Source: an uncultured virus (IMG/VR IMGVR_UViG_3300042270_000151) (Duplodnaviria > Heunggongvirae > Uroviricota > Caudoviricetes). Taken from it: a stretch of DNA of 64,000 bases. The stretch is from positions 1 through 64,000 of the IMG/VR virus record IMGVR_UViG_3300042270_000151. One strand, 5' to 3'. This document shows positions 48,669 through 57,942 of the stretch, piece after piece (position 1 is the first letter of the stretch; every line of letters begins with the position of its first letter). The translations under genes and the position numbers were made by a program. The notes beneath the pieces were generated by a model. The model was given only the letters and a program-made list of their open reading frames with translations. It was not told the DNA's origin and ran no database searches.

Positions 48669-51125
48669 ATGCGCATTACACGGCTGGTCTTACATGGATA
48701 CCGTAACTTAGCCCTATCCATGATTAAGGAAATTGATGTACAGCTTGACTCACTCTTGCAGCTTATACTCGGTACGAATGGGTCAGGTAAAAGTAGTCTT
48801 CTTAGGCAGCTTAACCCGATGCCAATTTCACCGGGTGACTTTACCAAAGAGGGCTATAAAGAGATCCATATCGAGCACCAGGGTAAGCAGTATATCGGTA
48901 TCTCCAAAATACACGGTCGCAGTGCGAAGCATACTTTTATCTGTGACGGTCAGTCCCTGTGTGAAGATGCAGTGGCTCCTGTCTATAAGGAACACATGGA
49001 ACGGGAACTGAATTACACGGCTGAACTACAGAAACTGCTTCTTCAGGAAACCCACTTTACACAGATGGGCCCTGCACAGCGCCAGGACGTCCTCATGTCG
49101 ATTTCTCATCTAGACCTGACGTATGCCCTAGGTCTGTACGATCGCCTGCGTACGGGGCAGAGAGACACCACTGGCGCCATTAAACATCTAGAGACCAAAA
49201 TCGAGTCGCTCCATCGGGAGCTCGGACTGATTGAGGATCGCGAATTGGCCGCGCAGCGCTATAACGTGTTAGAGCAAGCGATCTTCGCCCTGCGTCCTCA
49301 TTCTTTAAATGAGAAAGTGGATATGTCCCGGTACAGTGAGCGTGTATTGAGGGTACGGGATGAGCTGTTGGCGTATATTCAACAGGCGAAGGATGTTAAA
49401 TCCGTATCCACGAATGGACTTCGTAGCTATGGCGCTGCACTGGAAAGACGGGCCGGACTTACCGAACAGTACCATCAGTTAGAGGGTGAAGCACGTTCTG
49501 TACTGGTGCAGCTGGATGAGCTAAACAAGCACAAGGCGATGGTGGAGAATACCGATGCGGGTACCGACCGTCTTCGGCGTGAGCTTAATGAGATTGAAGC
49601 CTCACTAGAGAAAATGGGAACACCCAAAGCCTTAGACGTAAGTGTAGAGCTTATCCGACCAATGCACTACGTCTCTAAGGCACTCTATGAAATTGCGATC
49701 GACTATCCCGACCAATATCAGCCATGCGATCGCGCTACCTTACTTACGCAACAGGATACCTGTCGTGCACTGGCGACCGACCACTTAAAAGCGAATGAGC
49801 AGCTTAAGGTAGAACAGGAACGTTTGATACACGCAGAGCACCATCGTTCAGGCGCACTGACCTGTCCAAATTGCAGTACAAAGGTGTATCCGGCACGGGC
49901 ATTAGATGATGCTGGGTTCAGTGTATTGGTCGATGCCGTAGAAGCCTTGGGTAGGCGTGCGGAGACCCTCTCTATGCAGCTTACTGAGCAGGAATCCATA
50001 TTGACCGGTTACCGTAACTACGTGCAGGTCGTTAACCGTATTAAACGGGTACTGGATGCAGAGCCTGCAGTAATGGAATATCTCCAAACACTGGGGTACG
50101 TGTCATTGGTGGATATTGAGGCTGACCTACGTACCGTGGTAGATCGCTTGGACCGTGATCGTCGTACGCTAGAGGTACAAGCTAATTATCAGACACTGAT
50201 TAAACGTAAGCTCGATATTGAGGGGACCCTTAAAACGATTGAGGATGCGGGTCGAATGGATGTACAGGGACAAGCCACTGCTCTAGAAGCGCGGTATGAG
50301 GATATCCTCAAATTACAACGCACCTTACAGGTAGAGCTCAATGACACTAAATCCCTGATTACGGTATTCGAAACCCTCACAGCGTTACACACGGAGATTG
50401 AAGCCGCAGTCGGAGAGGCGGGAGAAGCCTTTGCGGATTATGGCAATGCCATTGGTTACCAGGGTGTGGAGGAGCAACTTAAAACACTAGAGGCTGAACT
50501 GTATGGCATATCGGAACGGGTAAATAAAGCCAAACATTTAGAGGACCATATCGGTCGTCTCGAGGGGGATGTAAAGGAACTCAGGGGTAAACGAGAAGCC
50601 TATAGTCTACTACTGAACGAACTTTCACCTAAGGATGGCTTTATTGCCGAGCAGATGCAAGGCTTCATCAATGACTTTGTCTCCCAAATGAATCGAGTGA
50701 TCGGTGCAATCTGGGAGTATGATCTGTCGGTCTTGCCCTGTGGCATAGAAAAGGGGAAACTGGACTATAAGTTTCCTGTCCGTGTCGAGGACGAAGTTGT
50801 GCCGGATATAGGGTTAACCTCAAAGGGACAACAAGAGGTAATTAACTTTGCCTTTACAGTCGTTCTACTGGCTTATAAAGGGTTGAACCAATATCCTTTA
50901 TTTCTGGATGAGGTCGGTGCAGCGTTTGACCACACCCACCGAGGTCGGTTTATGCAGTATGTTAAGCATATGCTAGATACCCGTCAATGTGAGCAACTCT
51001 TCATGGTGAATCACTTCTCCTCCGAATACGGTGGATTGGCCAATGCCGATACCTTGGTTCTATCGCCCCAAAACATCGTAGTACCTAGAGACTATAACAA
51101 CCACGCCACCCTTCGTTATTATTGA
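48669..51125 (+). CDS. sbcC: SbcC/Rad50-like SMC ATPase
   Basis: GTNGSGKSS Walker A, coiled coils, CPNC zinc hook, TSKGQ signature, FLDE Walker B, FMVNH. Confidence 0.9.
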   Translation: MRITRLVLHGYRNLALSMIKEIDVQLDSLLQLILGTNGSGKSSLLRQLNPMPISPGDFTKEGYKEIHIEHQGKQYIGISKIHGRSAKHTFICDGQSLCEDAVAPVYKEHMERELNYTAELQKLLLQETHFTQMGPAQRQDVLMSISHLDLTYALGLYDRLRTGQRDTTGAIKHLETKIESLHRELGLIEDRELAAQRYNVLEQAIFALRPHSLNEKVDMSRYSERVLRVRDELLAYIQQAKDVKSVSTNGLRSYGAALERRAGLTEQYHQLEGEARSVLVQLDELNKHKAMVENTDAGTDRLRRELNEIEASLEKMGTPKALDVSVELIRPMHYVSKALYEIAIDYPDQYQPCDRATLLTQQDTCRALATDHLKANEQLKVEQERLIHAEHHRSGALTCPNCSTKVYPARALDDAGFSVLVDAVEALGRRAETLSMQLTEQESILTGYRNYVQVVNRIKRVLDAEPAVMEYLQTLGYVSLVDIEADLRTVVDRLDRDRRTLEVQANYQTLIKRKLDIEGTLKTIEDAGRMDVQGQATALEARYEDILKLQRTLQVELNDTKSLITVFETLTALHTEIEAAVGEAGEAFADYGNAIGYQGVEEQLKTLEAELYGISERVNKAKHLEDHIGRLEGDVKELRGKREAYSLLLNELSPKDGFIAEQMQGFINDFVSQMNRVIGAIWEYDLSVLPCGIEKGKLDYKFPVRVEDEVVPDIGLTSKGQQEVINFAFTVVLLAYKGLNQYPLFLDEVGAAFDHTHRGRFMQYVKHMLDTRQCEQLFMVNHFSSEYGGLANADTLVLSPQNIVVPRDYNNHATLRYY

Positions 51126-51132
51126 GGTTCAT

Positions 51133-51648
51133 ATGAACGCAATCGAAACCACAGCTGCTATGCAGCTGCTTGTCTACTTTAATGTTATTGGTTGGGGCCT
51201 TGCGTATATCTACGCCCCTAAAGATGTAAGTCATCCTGGTATAAAGCCCCACATGGGACTATTGTTAACCAACGTATTGGTTAATTCCTTTTTCCTATCA
51301 ATGGCCATGCTCTTTATACCCGGCATTACCCATCCCGTCTACGTCATTGCAATGTCAGTACTGGTAGTGGTCAACCCGTATTTTGTATTGTCCATTGGGG
51401 AGCGTGAGCCTATTAAAGATACGGTAAAGGGTCGACTATATGAGTATTTGATTGTAAGCCTCTTTACAATCACGATGTTACCCACCCTTTCCTTTCTAGC
51501 AAAGGACTTCAGCTACTATTGGCCGCTCATGATTTTGCAGCTTGGATGTTTAGCATCAATTGTTGTAACAGGTGCCCCTGCTTTAATACACCAGCAGCAG
51601 CGCTTCCTTTTACGGCACCGTAAATCACCGGGAGCCCACCATGATTAA
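51133..51648 (+). CDS. multi-pass membrane protein
   Basis: About five hydrophobic segments; GAGG RBS. Confidence 0.7.
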   Translation: MNAIETTAAMQLLVYFNVIGWGLAYIYAPKDVSHPGIKPHMGLLLTNVLVNSFFLSMAMLFIPGITHPVYVIAMSVLVVVNPYFVLSIGEREPIKDTVKGRLYEYLIVSLFTITMLPTLSFLAKDFSYYWPLMILQLGCLASIVVTGAPALIHQQQRFLLRHRKSPGAHHD

Positions 51649-52108
51649 ACGCAATGACGTCGACGTTGACCTCAACCAGGTGACCGAGGTACTGACGGAG
51701 ATATTAGAGGCTGCGTTTGCAGCCCGGACCACACTTCGTAAACTCAATGCCACACCCCTACAGACACATGTCCGTAACCTCTACGCCCTGGCGGCCGGTA
51801 CACCCTCCCTCCTCGCGATCCTAGGGGATGAGGTACTCTATGGCCGTTTCTTATCGGGACTAACCGACGAGACTATCCAAGACCTTAGATTGCTTTATGG
51901 GCGACTGACTGTCAGGGTTGGTAGTAAAGGTTTACAGGCGATCACAGAGCAATTTGCAGAGGCTTCCGTAGTCCACTACACCAATCCAGGGCCTACCCTC
52001 AGTCGCCAAATCCTGGAAGAGTTAAAGGCCGCCCCGTATCTGTTGGTACTGCTACTACTGGAGCACCTGACCCTTGCTCAAGTGCGCCGTGCCGGTTGCC
52101 TATCGTAA
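51641..52108 (+). CDS. hypothetical protein
   Basis: GGAG RBS; overlaps the upstream stop. Confidence 0.65.
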   Translation: MIKRNDVDVDLNQVTEVLTEILEAAFAARTTLRKLNATPLQTHVRNLYALAAGTPSLLAILGDEVLYGRFLSGLTDETIQDLRLLYGRLTVRVGSKGLQAITEQFAEASVVHYTNPGPTLSRQILEELKAAPYLLVLLLLEHLTLAQVRRAGCLS

Positions 52109-52127
52109 TTCAATAATAGTTCACCCC

Positions 52128-52135
52128 TATATTAC
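52128..52135 (+). promoter_or_regulatory. phiKZ-type early promoter TATATTAC
   Basis: CCCCTATATTAC in the intergenic gap upstream of ORF 52195. Confidence 0.7.
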
Positions 52136-52194
52136 TTAGGGGAGTACAGTGCACTATACTCTTTACATCACATGACATTTAATGGAGATTAACG

Positions 52195-52596
52195 ATGTCT
52201 AACGATACCATCAAGAACCTGACCGCAGCATTGACAGAACTGACTACCGTTACTGACGGTAGTGTTGAACTCGATGAAGGGGCATTTTGGTCAAACGCCC
52301 CTGAAGCAGTTACCCCTGAAACGGTGACTGCCGTACGGCAGTACGAATCGGACTATATTGTCTCCAGTGCCAAGGCACTGGGTACAGCAACGGAGACGTA
52401 CCTGAAAGATAATCCGGATGCGGATCTGATCTCCGGTACCTTCCATATGGGCCCTGGAGTGGAGGTCAACCACTCCATCCATAAGAACGCCGAAGACGGC
52501 GAGTGGAGTATGGTCTCTGGCGTCGAACGTACCCTGACCGGTGAGGAGCTCCTCTCTGGAGCCCAGGCCGAAATAAGCCGTATGTTGGTAGGCTAA
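52195..52596 (+). CDS. hypothetical acidic protein
   Basis: GGAG RBS; flanked by a promoter motif and a hairpin. Confidence 0.7.
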   Translation: MSNDTIKNLTAALTELTTVTDGSVELDEGAFWSNAPEAVTPETVTAVRQYESDYIVSSAKALGTATETYLKDNPDADLISGTFHMGPGVEVNHSIHKNAEDGEWSMVSGVERTLTGEELLSGAQAEISRMLVG

Positions 52597-52604
52597 TTAG
52601 AATG

Positions 52605-52630
52605 CCCTGGCTTCCTTCTGGGAGCCAGGG
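52605..52630 (+). terminator. hairpin, probable terminator
   Basis: CCCTGGCTTCC-TTCT-GGGAGCCAGGG just after the stop. Confidence 0.65.
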
Positions 52631-52682
52631 TATCTATGCTTGATTTAGACTTAGTAACCTTTTATATTTTTGGAGATACACT

Positions 52683-53078
52683 ATGACTATTTTTGTAGGC
52701 AACATCAGTGATTTAGTAAACGGGATTGTCGAAGATCGGGGTACCATAACAGTACCCTACGATCTTCTGAAGAATTGGTTTTGCGATAACGTTCCGGTAG
52801 AGGGAAATGTATTCGATACTCCCCCCGATTTGGTGATCAGAAACCCCATGGGCCATGTTAGCCAATGGCCCAATGCCCCTTATCCACAAGCAACTATGGG
52901 GGGCATTATCACATCCATTGGTTTTGTATGGGCCAAGGCCAATGTATTTGTATCTATAGAGATTAATAACGCTGCCCTACAGCCTAACCAAGCCCACTAC
53001 CATATGCCGCCCTATGGCGACCTTAACCAGGCACTGACCCGCATTATTGGGAGCTCTAATGGGGCAGGCTGGGCATGA
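52683..53078 (+). CDS. hypothetical protein
   Basis: GGAG RBS; 131 aa. Confidence 0.65.
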   Translation: MTIFVGNISDLVNGIVEDRGTITVPYDLLKNWFCDNVPVEGNVFDTPPDLVIRNPMGHVSQWPNAPYPQATMGGIITSIGFVWAKANVFVSIEINNAALQPNQAHYHMPPYGDLNQALTRIIGSSNGAGWA

Positions 53079-53227
53079 TGTGTAGCGATGATGAGGATAT
53101 TTTTACCCTGCGTAAGGGGTGTTTCCTATTTGATGCGGAGGATGAAATGGAAGACGAAGATGAGCTCGATGTCGAAGCTCAAGACGAAGACATAGCCTAT
53201 TACAACAATGGGCCCGATGACGATTGA
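53075..53227 (+). CDS. very acidic 50-aa protein (not in ORF track)
   Basis: ATGA overlap with the upstream stop; ends just before a terminator; 21 of 50 residues are D or E. Confidence 0.55.
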   Translation: MMCSDDEDIFTLRKGCFLFDAEDEMEDEDELDVEAQDEDIAYYNNGPDDD

Positions 53228-53233
53228 TTTAAC

Positions 53234-53272
53234 CCACCCGCCTTCGGGCGGGTGGATATGATTCTTTTTTTT
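53234..53272 (+). terminator. intrinsic terminator
   Basis: CCACCCGCC-TTCG-GGCGGGTGG followed by a T run. Confidence 0.8.
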
Positions 53273-53320
53273 CTTTAGATCCTCTGTACCTAACCACAGG
53301 GTTTGTAAAGAGGATTCACT

Positions 53321-53704
53321 ATGTATGAGTATAGGGCACGAGTCACCCGAGTGGTGGATGGAGATAGCTTTTGGGCTGAAGTAGATTGTGGCTTCTCCAT
53401 TACCATTACCCACAGTTTCAGATTGAATGGGGTAGACACCCCTGAAACCTATCGCCCTTCGTGTGAGGCTGAGCGGGTACATGGGAAAGAAGCGACCGAT
53501 TTCGTACGCAGTTTAATTGAAGGTAAGGAGGTTATCTTAGTAACCCATAAGCTAGGGGTCTACGGTCGGTATGTAGCGGATCTTTACCTCATGACGCCAG
53601 AGGGTACCCGTGAAGATTCACTGGCTGACCTACTTATTCAAAATGGACTGGAGAAATTAAAGGAATACCCCCTTGACAGTGAGGGTGACACTATAACTGG
53701 ATGA
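53321..53704 (+). CDS. thermonuclease (SNase-fold) family protein
   Basis: RVVDGDS, RL.GVDTPE, YGRYVA, L...GL. Confidence 0.88.
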   Translation: MYEYRARVTRVVDGDSFWAEVDCGFSITITHSFRLNGVDTPETYRPSCEAERVHGKEATDFVRSLIEGKEVILVTHKLGVYGRYVADLYLMTPEGTREDSLADLLIQNGLEKLKEYPLDSEGDTITG

Positions 53705-53711
53705 CAGCATA

Positions 53712-53741
53712 AATCCCCATGGGCCGAAGCCCATGGGGATT
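53712..53741. terminator. terminator between convergent genes
   Basis: AATCCCCATGGGC-CGAA-GCCCATGGGGATT (UUCG loop on the minus strand). Confidence 0.8.
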
Positions 53742-53750
53742 GTACTATGC

Positions 53751-54617
53751 TTATCCCTGAGACGCAGCGGCGTCGGCAACTTGCTCAACCTTGGTTTTGT
53801 AGCTTTCAGAGTCGACATTAACGTCGGCTGAAATCTCTTCATACGCAGCAGGCAGTGCCGCCGGCTGGAAGCCAGTCTTGTTCAGCTCATCCAGGTAGGT
53901 CTGAGCCAGACGGATAACTTCTTTACCGATCTGAGTGGTTGCAGTGAACTCGATGGTCTGTTCAACCGTTTCGTTCGCTTCACCAATGACACGAGAACCT
54001 TCGTTGGTACCAGAAGACTTCGGCATCATGTTGGTGCACAGCCACGCATTGGTGATGCGCTTCAGGTCACGAGACGGTTCAATGAACAGCACGGTCATTG
54101 AGATCGCATCCGGCAAGAACTCCGGATAACCCGCTTCCTGATAGGCTGTTTTATTTACCAGACCCGGATGCATGGTTTCAGGATCCGCCAACAACTCGAC
54201 AATCCAATCATTGAAGAAGTTGTAAACCGCCATACCCTCTTTCTCAGGCCATACAAAGGACGGCACTGAACGAGCACGGTTTACGTTGGTCATGGTCTCA
54301 TGGAACTCACCGGCATTAGAGACGCGGTGCTCACCATATTCCACTTCCAGTGTACTGGTCAGACCCGTAATGGAGGTGGCCATCAGTTCAACCAGAGCCT
54401 TCAGGATCTTGATGCGGTCAGCACCATTATCCATGTACGTCATGTGACCAGGGGCCTCAATCAGTACCGGGATCAGCTTCTGTTTAACGTAGGTGGCACT
54501 GGACATCCAGTTACGGGGATCCGACATGGCGCCCTGTTGGCCGCCGACGGCGCCGTTCAAGGCACGTGTGCGACCAGCCGACAGGGAATGGTCTTCGGCT
54601 ACAAGAATGTTACTCAT
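53751..54617 (-). CDS. tail tube protein (phiKZ gp30-like)
   Basis: Follows the sheath gene; ITGL.STL, LFIEP, AWLCTNMMP motifs. Confidence 0.8.
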   Translation of the reverse strand: MSNILVAEDHSLSAGRTRALNGAVGGQQGAMSDPRNWMSSATYVKQKLIPVLIEAPGHMTYMDNGADRIKILKALVELMATSITGLTSTLEVEYGEHRVSNAGEFHETMTNVNRARSVPSFVWPEKEGMAVYNFFNDWIVELLADPETMHPGLVNKTAYQEAGYPEFLPDAISMTVLFIEPSRDLKRITNAWLCTNMMPKSSGTNEGSRVIGEANETVEQTIEFTATTQIGKEVIRLAQTYLDELNKTGFQPAALPAAYEEISADVNVDSESYKTKVEQVADAAASQG

Positions 54618-54629
54618 TGTTTATCCCCT

Positions 54630-56669
54630 TTAGTCCAAATCGCTGCTGCGGCGAGTGATGACGTTAATAATACCCACAGTACGCATGTTGTTAGCGTAAA
54701 CCGCTACGTCCATGGTCCACGAGTATCCGCGTGCCTCATCCGCTTCAGTGAAGTAGGTGTTCGGTACAATGGTAACACGGTTGTCGTAGCGACCTTCTAC
54801 CAGGGTCAGAAGTTCACGGTTACAGCGTTCGATGAACTGCTCATTGGTATAGGTGGTGTTACCGGTCATACGGCGCCAGACTTCTTCGGACTGCTTCACA
54901 ACATCGACTGCGATGAGCATGTTGATGTCAGAGTTCAGTACAGAGGTATCGTCGTCGTAGATAGTCTGCAGAGCCGGATAGAAGAGGCTCTGACGGTCGG
55001 CAAACTGTACCCAGTTCAGGCCCAGTTCCCAATCGCGCGAGCGTACGATCTCAGGCTTCCACGGATGGTTGATTTCAGACATGGTTTCTACGCGGTTTGC
55101 CGGAGCAACGTCATACGCGAAACGGGTCTTATAACGACCTTCACCTGCACCCATGTACTTGGCACGCTTCTCGATCAGATCGTGAATCAACGGTACCTTG
55201 TACTTGTAGTTGCTGTACTGTTTGCGACCTACATGGCCAATACAAACCATGCGACATACCGGAGTACCGTGGATGGTGGATTCCGGGATGAGGCGTGCAT
55301 AGGCGCGCAGTGCTGTCATAACAGACGTCTCTTCCGAGATACTGTTCGGACGGTTTAGAACGTCCTGAGTACAGATACCGACAGAAATGTCTTTACGGTA
55401 CGCCAGTACGTTGATAATGGCTTTCTTGGTTTCCAGCGTAAAGCCAGTATCATAGACCACGCTCAACGGGTAACGGGCAGAGTCCAGCAGCGGGTAATCA
55501 ATGTTTTCCCAGTTGTTCAAACATTCTTCCCGTACCAGCTCATCCAGTACCGCTTCATTTACATCACCGTCAGAACCGCCCTGTCCATAATGAACAGTGG
55601 AGGAGGACATGGTAGCGGACGATGCATCCAGTACAAAGCTGTAATGGTCGTTACCGTTGTAATCCAGGCAGTTGAAGATGTTCAGCTGATGCTTGTCAAC
55701 GACAGGGCCACCGGCAGCAACTTCTTTCTCAAACAGCATCTCCAGGATCTCTTCGATGTTCTCCTGGTAGATGTGCATGTCCTGAACCGGACCGTGTTTG
55801 GGAATAAAACCAGAGGTCGGCTCAATGTTCTCGTAGTCGGACTTAATGCGACCGATTGCCAGTTCTTGATCCGTCTTCGGGTTTACCACGCCTTCTTTCA
55901 ACGTAAAGTCAACGAAGGGTTCAGCGTTCATGCTGTAGGTGGTACGCGGCAGAGAGAACGCATCGTCACGCTCGACCCACTGGGCGCGGTAAATCATGGC
56001 ACGCTCAGACTCAACCAAAGACAGGTCAGCCGGATCGCTGGTAGCCGGGCCCGGGAAGGAGAAACGGATACCGATGTTGTTACCGTATTCACCGTAGTAC
56101 ATGCCAAAGGCGAAGATCGGGAAACGCTGTGCGGTTTCACCTGCACGACCCGCCAAAGTACCGTTGGTTTTAAATTCACCGCGCAGGTTGTTGATGTCCG
56201 ATACCGGCTCAACCACCCAACGCATCTTGTAACCGTCTACGGTGACACTACCGTCAATCAGCTTAACGCCAGACGGATCACGGATCACTTCACCATCCGG
56301 ATCACGCTGGTACTGAGGAACGTCATCGGCGACCAGTTCCAGGAAGAACACCATACCTGCACGGGCAGCATTGTCTGCCAGTACACGCTTAATGAAGACC
56401 GCATTACCCGCACCATTACAGGTGGTGACACCCATAGTCTGGTGAGAGAAGTACTTAGACCGCTCTTCAAACGACTTACGGCCGTACATTTCCAGCATGT
56501 CACCGCCAGATACCAACTGAGGATCAATAGGTCCACGCTGGGTCTGGATATAGAAGAGAGGGAGGTGCTGGGGAATCTGTTCCCGGATAACGGGTAAGGC
56601 GCGACCCGATTCGTCCCGAATACCTGTGAGAATCGGACGAGGGGATGCGTTCTTAATCATTGTAGCCAT
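54630..56669 (-). CDS. tail sheath protein (phiKZ gp29-like)
   Basis: NASP.....GIRD.S, PQHLP, GGSDG, YDTGF, PES..HGTPVCR, PALQT.Y.DDTSVL; 679 aa. Confidence 0.85.
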   Translation of the reverse strand: MATMIKNASPRPILTGIRDESGRALPVIREQIPQHLPLFYIQTQRGPIDPQLVSGGDMLEMYGRKSFEERSKYFSHQTMGVTTCNGAGNAVFIKRVLADNAARAGMVFFLELVADDVPQYQRDPDGEVIRDPSGVKLIDGSVTVDGYKMRWVVEPVSDINNLRGEFKTNGTLAGRAGETAQRFPIFAFGMYYGEYGNNIGIRFSFPGPATSDPADLSLVESERAMIYRAQWVERDDAFSLPRTTYSMNAEPFVDFTLKEGVVNPKTDQELAIGRIKSDYENIEPTSGFIPKHGPVQDMHIYQENIEEILEMLFEKEVAAGGPVVDKHQLNIFNCLDYNGNDHYSFVLDASSATMSSSTVHYGQGGSDGDVNEAVLDELVREECLNNWENIDYPLLDSARYPLSVVYDTGFTLETKKAIINVLAYRKDISVGICTQDVLNRPNSISEETSVMTALRAYARLIPESTIHGTPVCRMVCIGHVGRKQYSNYKYKVPLIHDLIEKRAKYMGAGEGRYKTRFAYDVAPANRVETMSEINHPWKPEIVRSRDWELGLNWVQFADRQSLFYPALQTIYDDDTSVLNSDINMLIAVDVVKQSEEVWRRMTGNTTYTNEQFIERCNRELLTLVEGRYDNRVTIVPNTYFTEADEARGYSWTMDVAVYANNMRTVGIINVITRRSSDLD

Positions 56670-57012
56670 TGGAGGTTACCTCCCAAAATGCTAGGTTTAT
56701 GTATGCGCATATTTTTAACCTTTTAACTTTGCAAAGTTATGAGTGGCATGGACTCCACATGACACGCCATATACCTAAATACAAGGCAGAGTACACATAG
56801 AATCCAGTCCCAACGACACCCTGCGGCGAGTGATCAATTCACCGACATAAGTGAGATACGTAATGCGAGCGGGATGCCCATTAACCACAGGCAAGCCAGT
56901 GGAATCGTATGTTCAATAAAGCCAAAGGCGAATAGTAAGAATTGGCTCTATATACTGCTACGATAATTTTTAACAGGCCTATACGATTTAACCGATAACA
57001 GGAGTACCCGCC

Positions 57013-57942
57013 ATGGGACCATACGGCACTACAATTGGACGTCAGTTTGCAGGGCGCATCCAGCAGATTAAACAAGGCATTGATGAGCAGTTGGCCTTGG
57101 GGGGAGAGGGGCAACTCAAGCCTGTATCGAAACACATTTATATCACCACGGCTGAGAACGAAAAATTGGACCACTGGAGCCATCCGATCTTTCACGATGG
57201 TAAGGTGTTCCTGGATGGTCGTCCTTTCTATAACAAAGCCGGTGGCATTCGCAACATGCCAGAGTACCGTAACCTCGTGCAGCGGGGATACCTTGAGTAC
57301 CTCTGGCAGTCAAATCCCGATGCCTATGACGCCGTGATGCGTCCTACAGCGTTAGTATTCAGCCAGTGGATCTCTAATGGCTTAGCCAGCCGCTTTGCCA
57401 TGCCAGCGACCGACGGCGCCACCATCCGCATTCTTGCAGCGGTTTACTATCTGGCACTCTACCTAGAGGCCAGTGGTCATAAGGCGCGTAAAGATTACCG
57501 TGTCGACCCTGAAGAACTCACCGCGATGGCAATTCGACTGTTGGGTGCACGCGGTGGCTGGGTACCGCCACAGATGGTCATGGATACCTTAGAGAATGCA
57601 GAGGTACAGGAGTGGTTGAAAGAACGGCCTGCTAACCTAGAGGGTTTGTGTTTAGCTATCCGACAGAGCGTTACCACCCACATGGGTCAGTTTAACTCCA
57701 ATACCCTTATTCAGTTAATGGGCAGTGGGAGCTGGATTGGTCATGAGGCCGTAGGTCTATCCGTTATGGCACTGGAGTACCCACCGGTATTCTCACAGAT
57801 GGTAGCCCTGGCGGAAACCACGAACATGTACAAATCTAAAACTCGCATCGGGCGTACCTGTGCTTCAATGCAGCGCACCGCTAACTTGAAGGCAGTCGTG
57901 TCCTTTTTAGGGGATATTGAAGATGCCGACGAATCAGTTTGA
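57013..57942 (+). CDS. virion structural protein (phiKZ gp28 position)
   Basis: AGGAG RBS; HP, D.RP and ALEYPP motifs; divergent from the sheath gene. Confidence 0.7.
   Translation: MGPYGTTIGRQFAGRIQQIKQGIDEQLALGGEGQLKPVSKHIYITTAENEKLDHWSHPIFHDGKVFLDGRPFYNKAGGIRNMPEYRNLVQRGYLEYLWQSNPDAYDAVMRPTALVFSQWISNGLASRFAMPATDGATIRILAAVYYLALYLEASGHKARKDYRVDPEELTAMAIRLLGARGGWVPPQMVMDTLENAEVQEWLKERPANLEGLCLAIRQSVTTHMGQFNSNTLIQLMGSGSWIGHEAVGLSVMALEYPPVFSQMVALAETTNMYKSKTRIGRTCASMQRTANLKAVVSFLGDIEDADESV

Noticed and set aside
54300..56597. Long + strand ORFs (352 and 335 aa) opposite the sheath and tube genes
   Set aside because: Antisense shadows expected from strong codon bias; no recognisable motifs.
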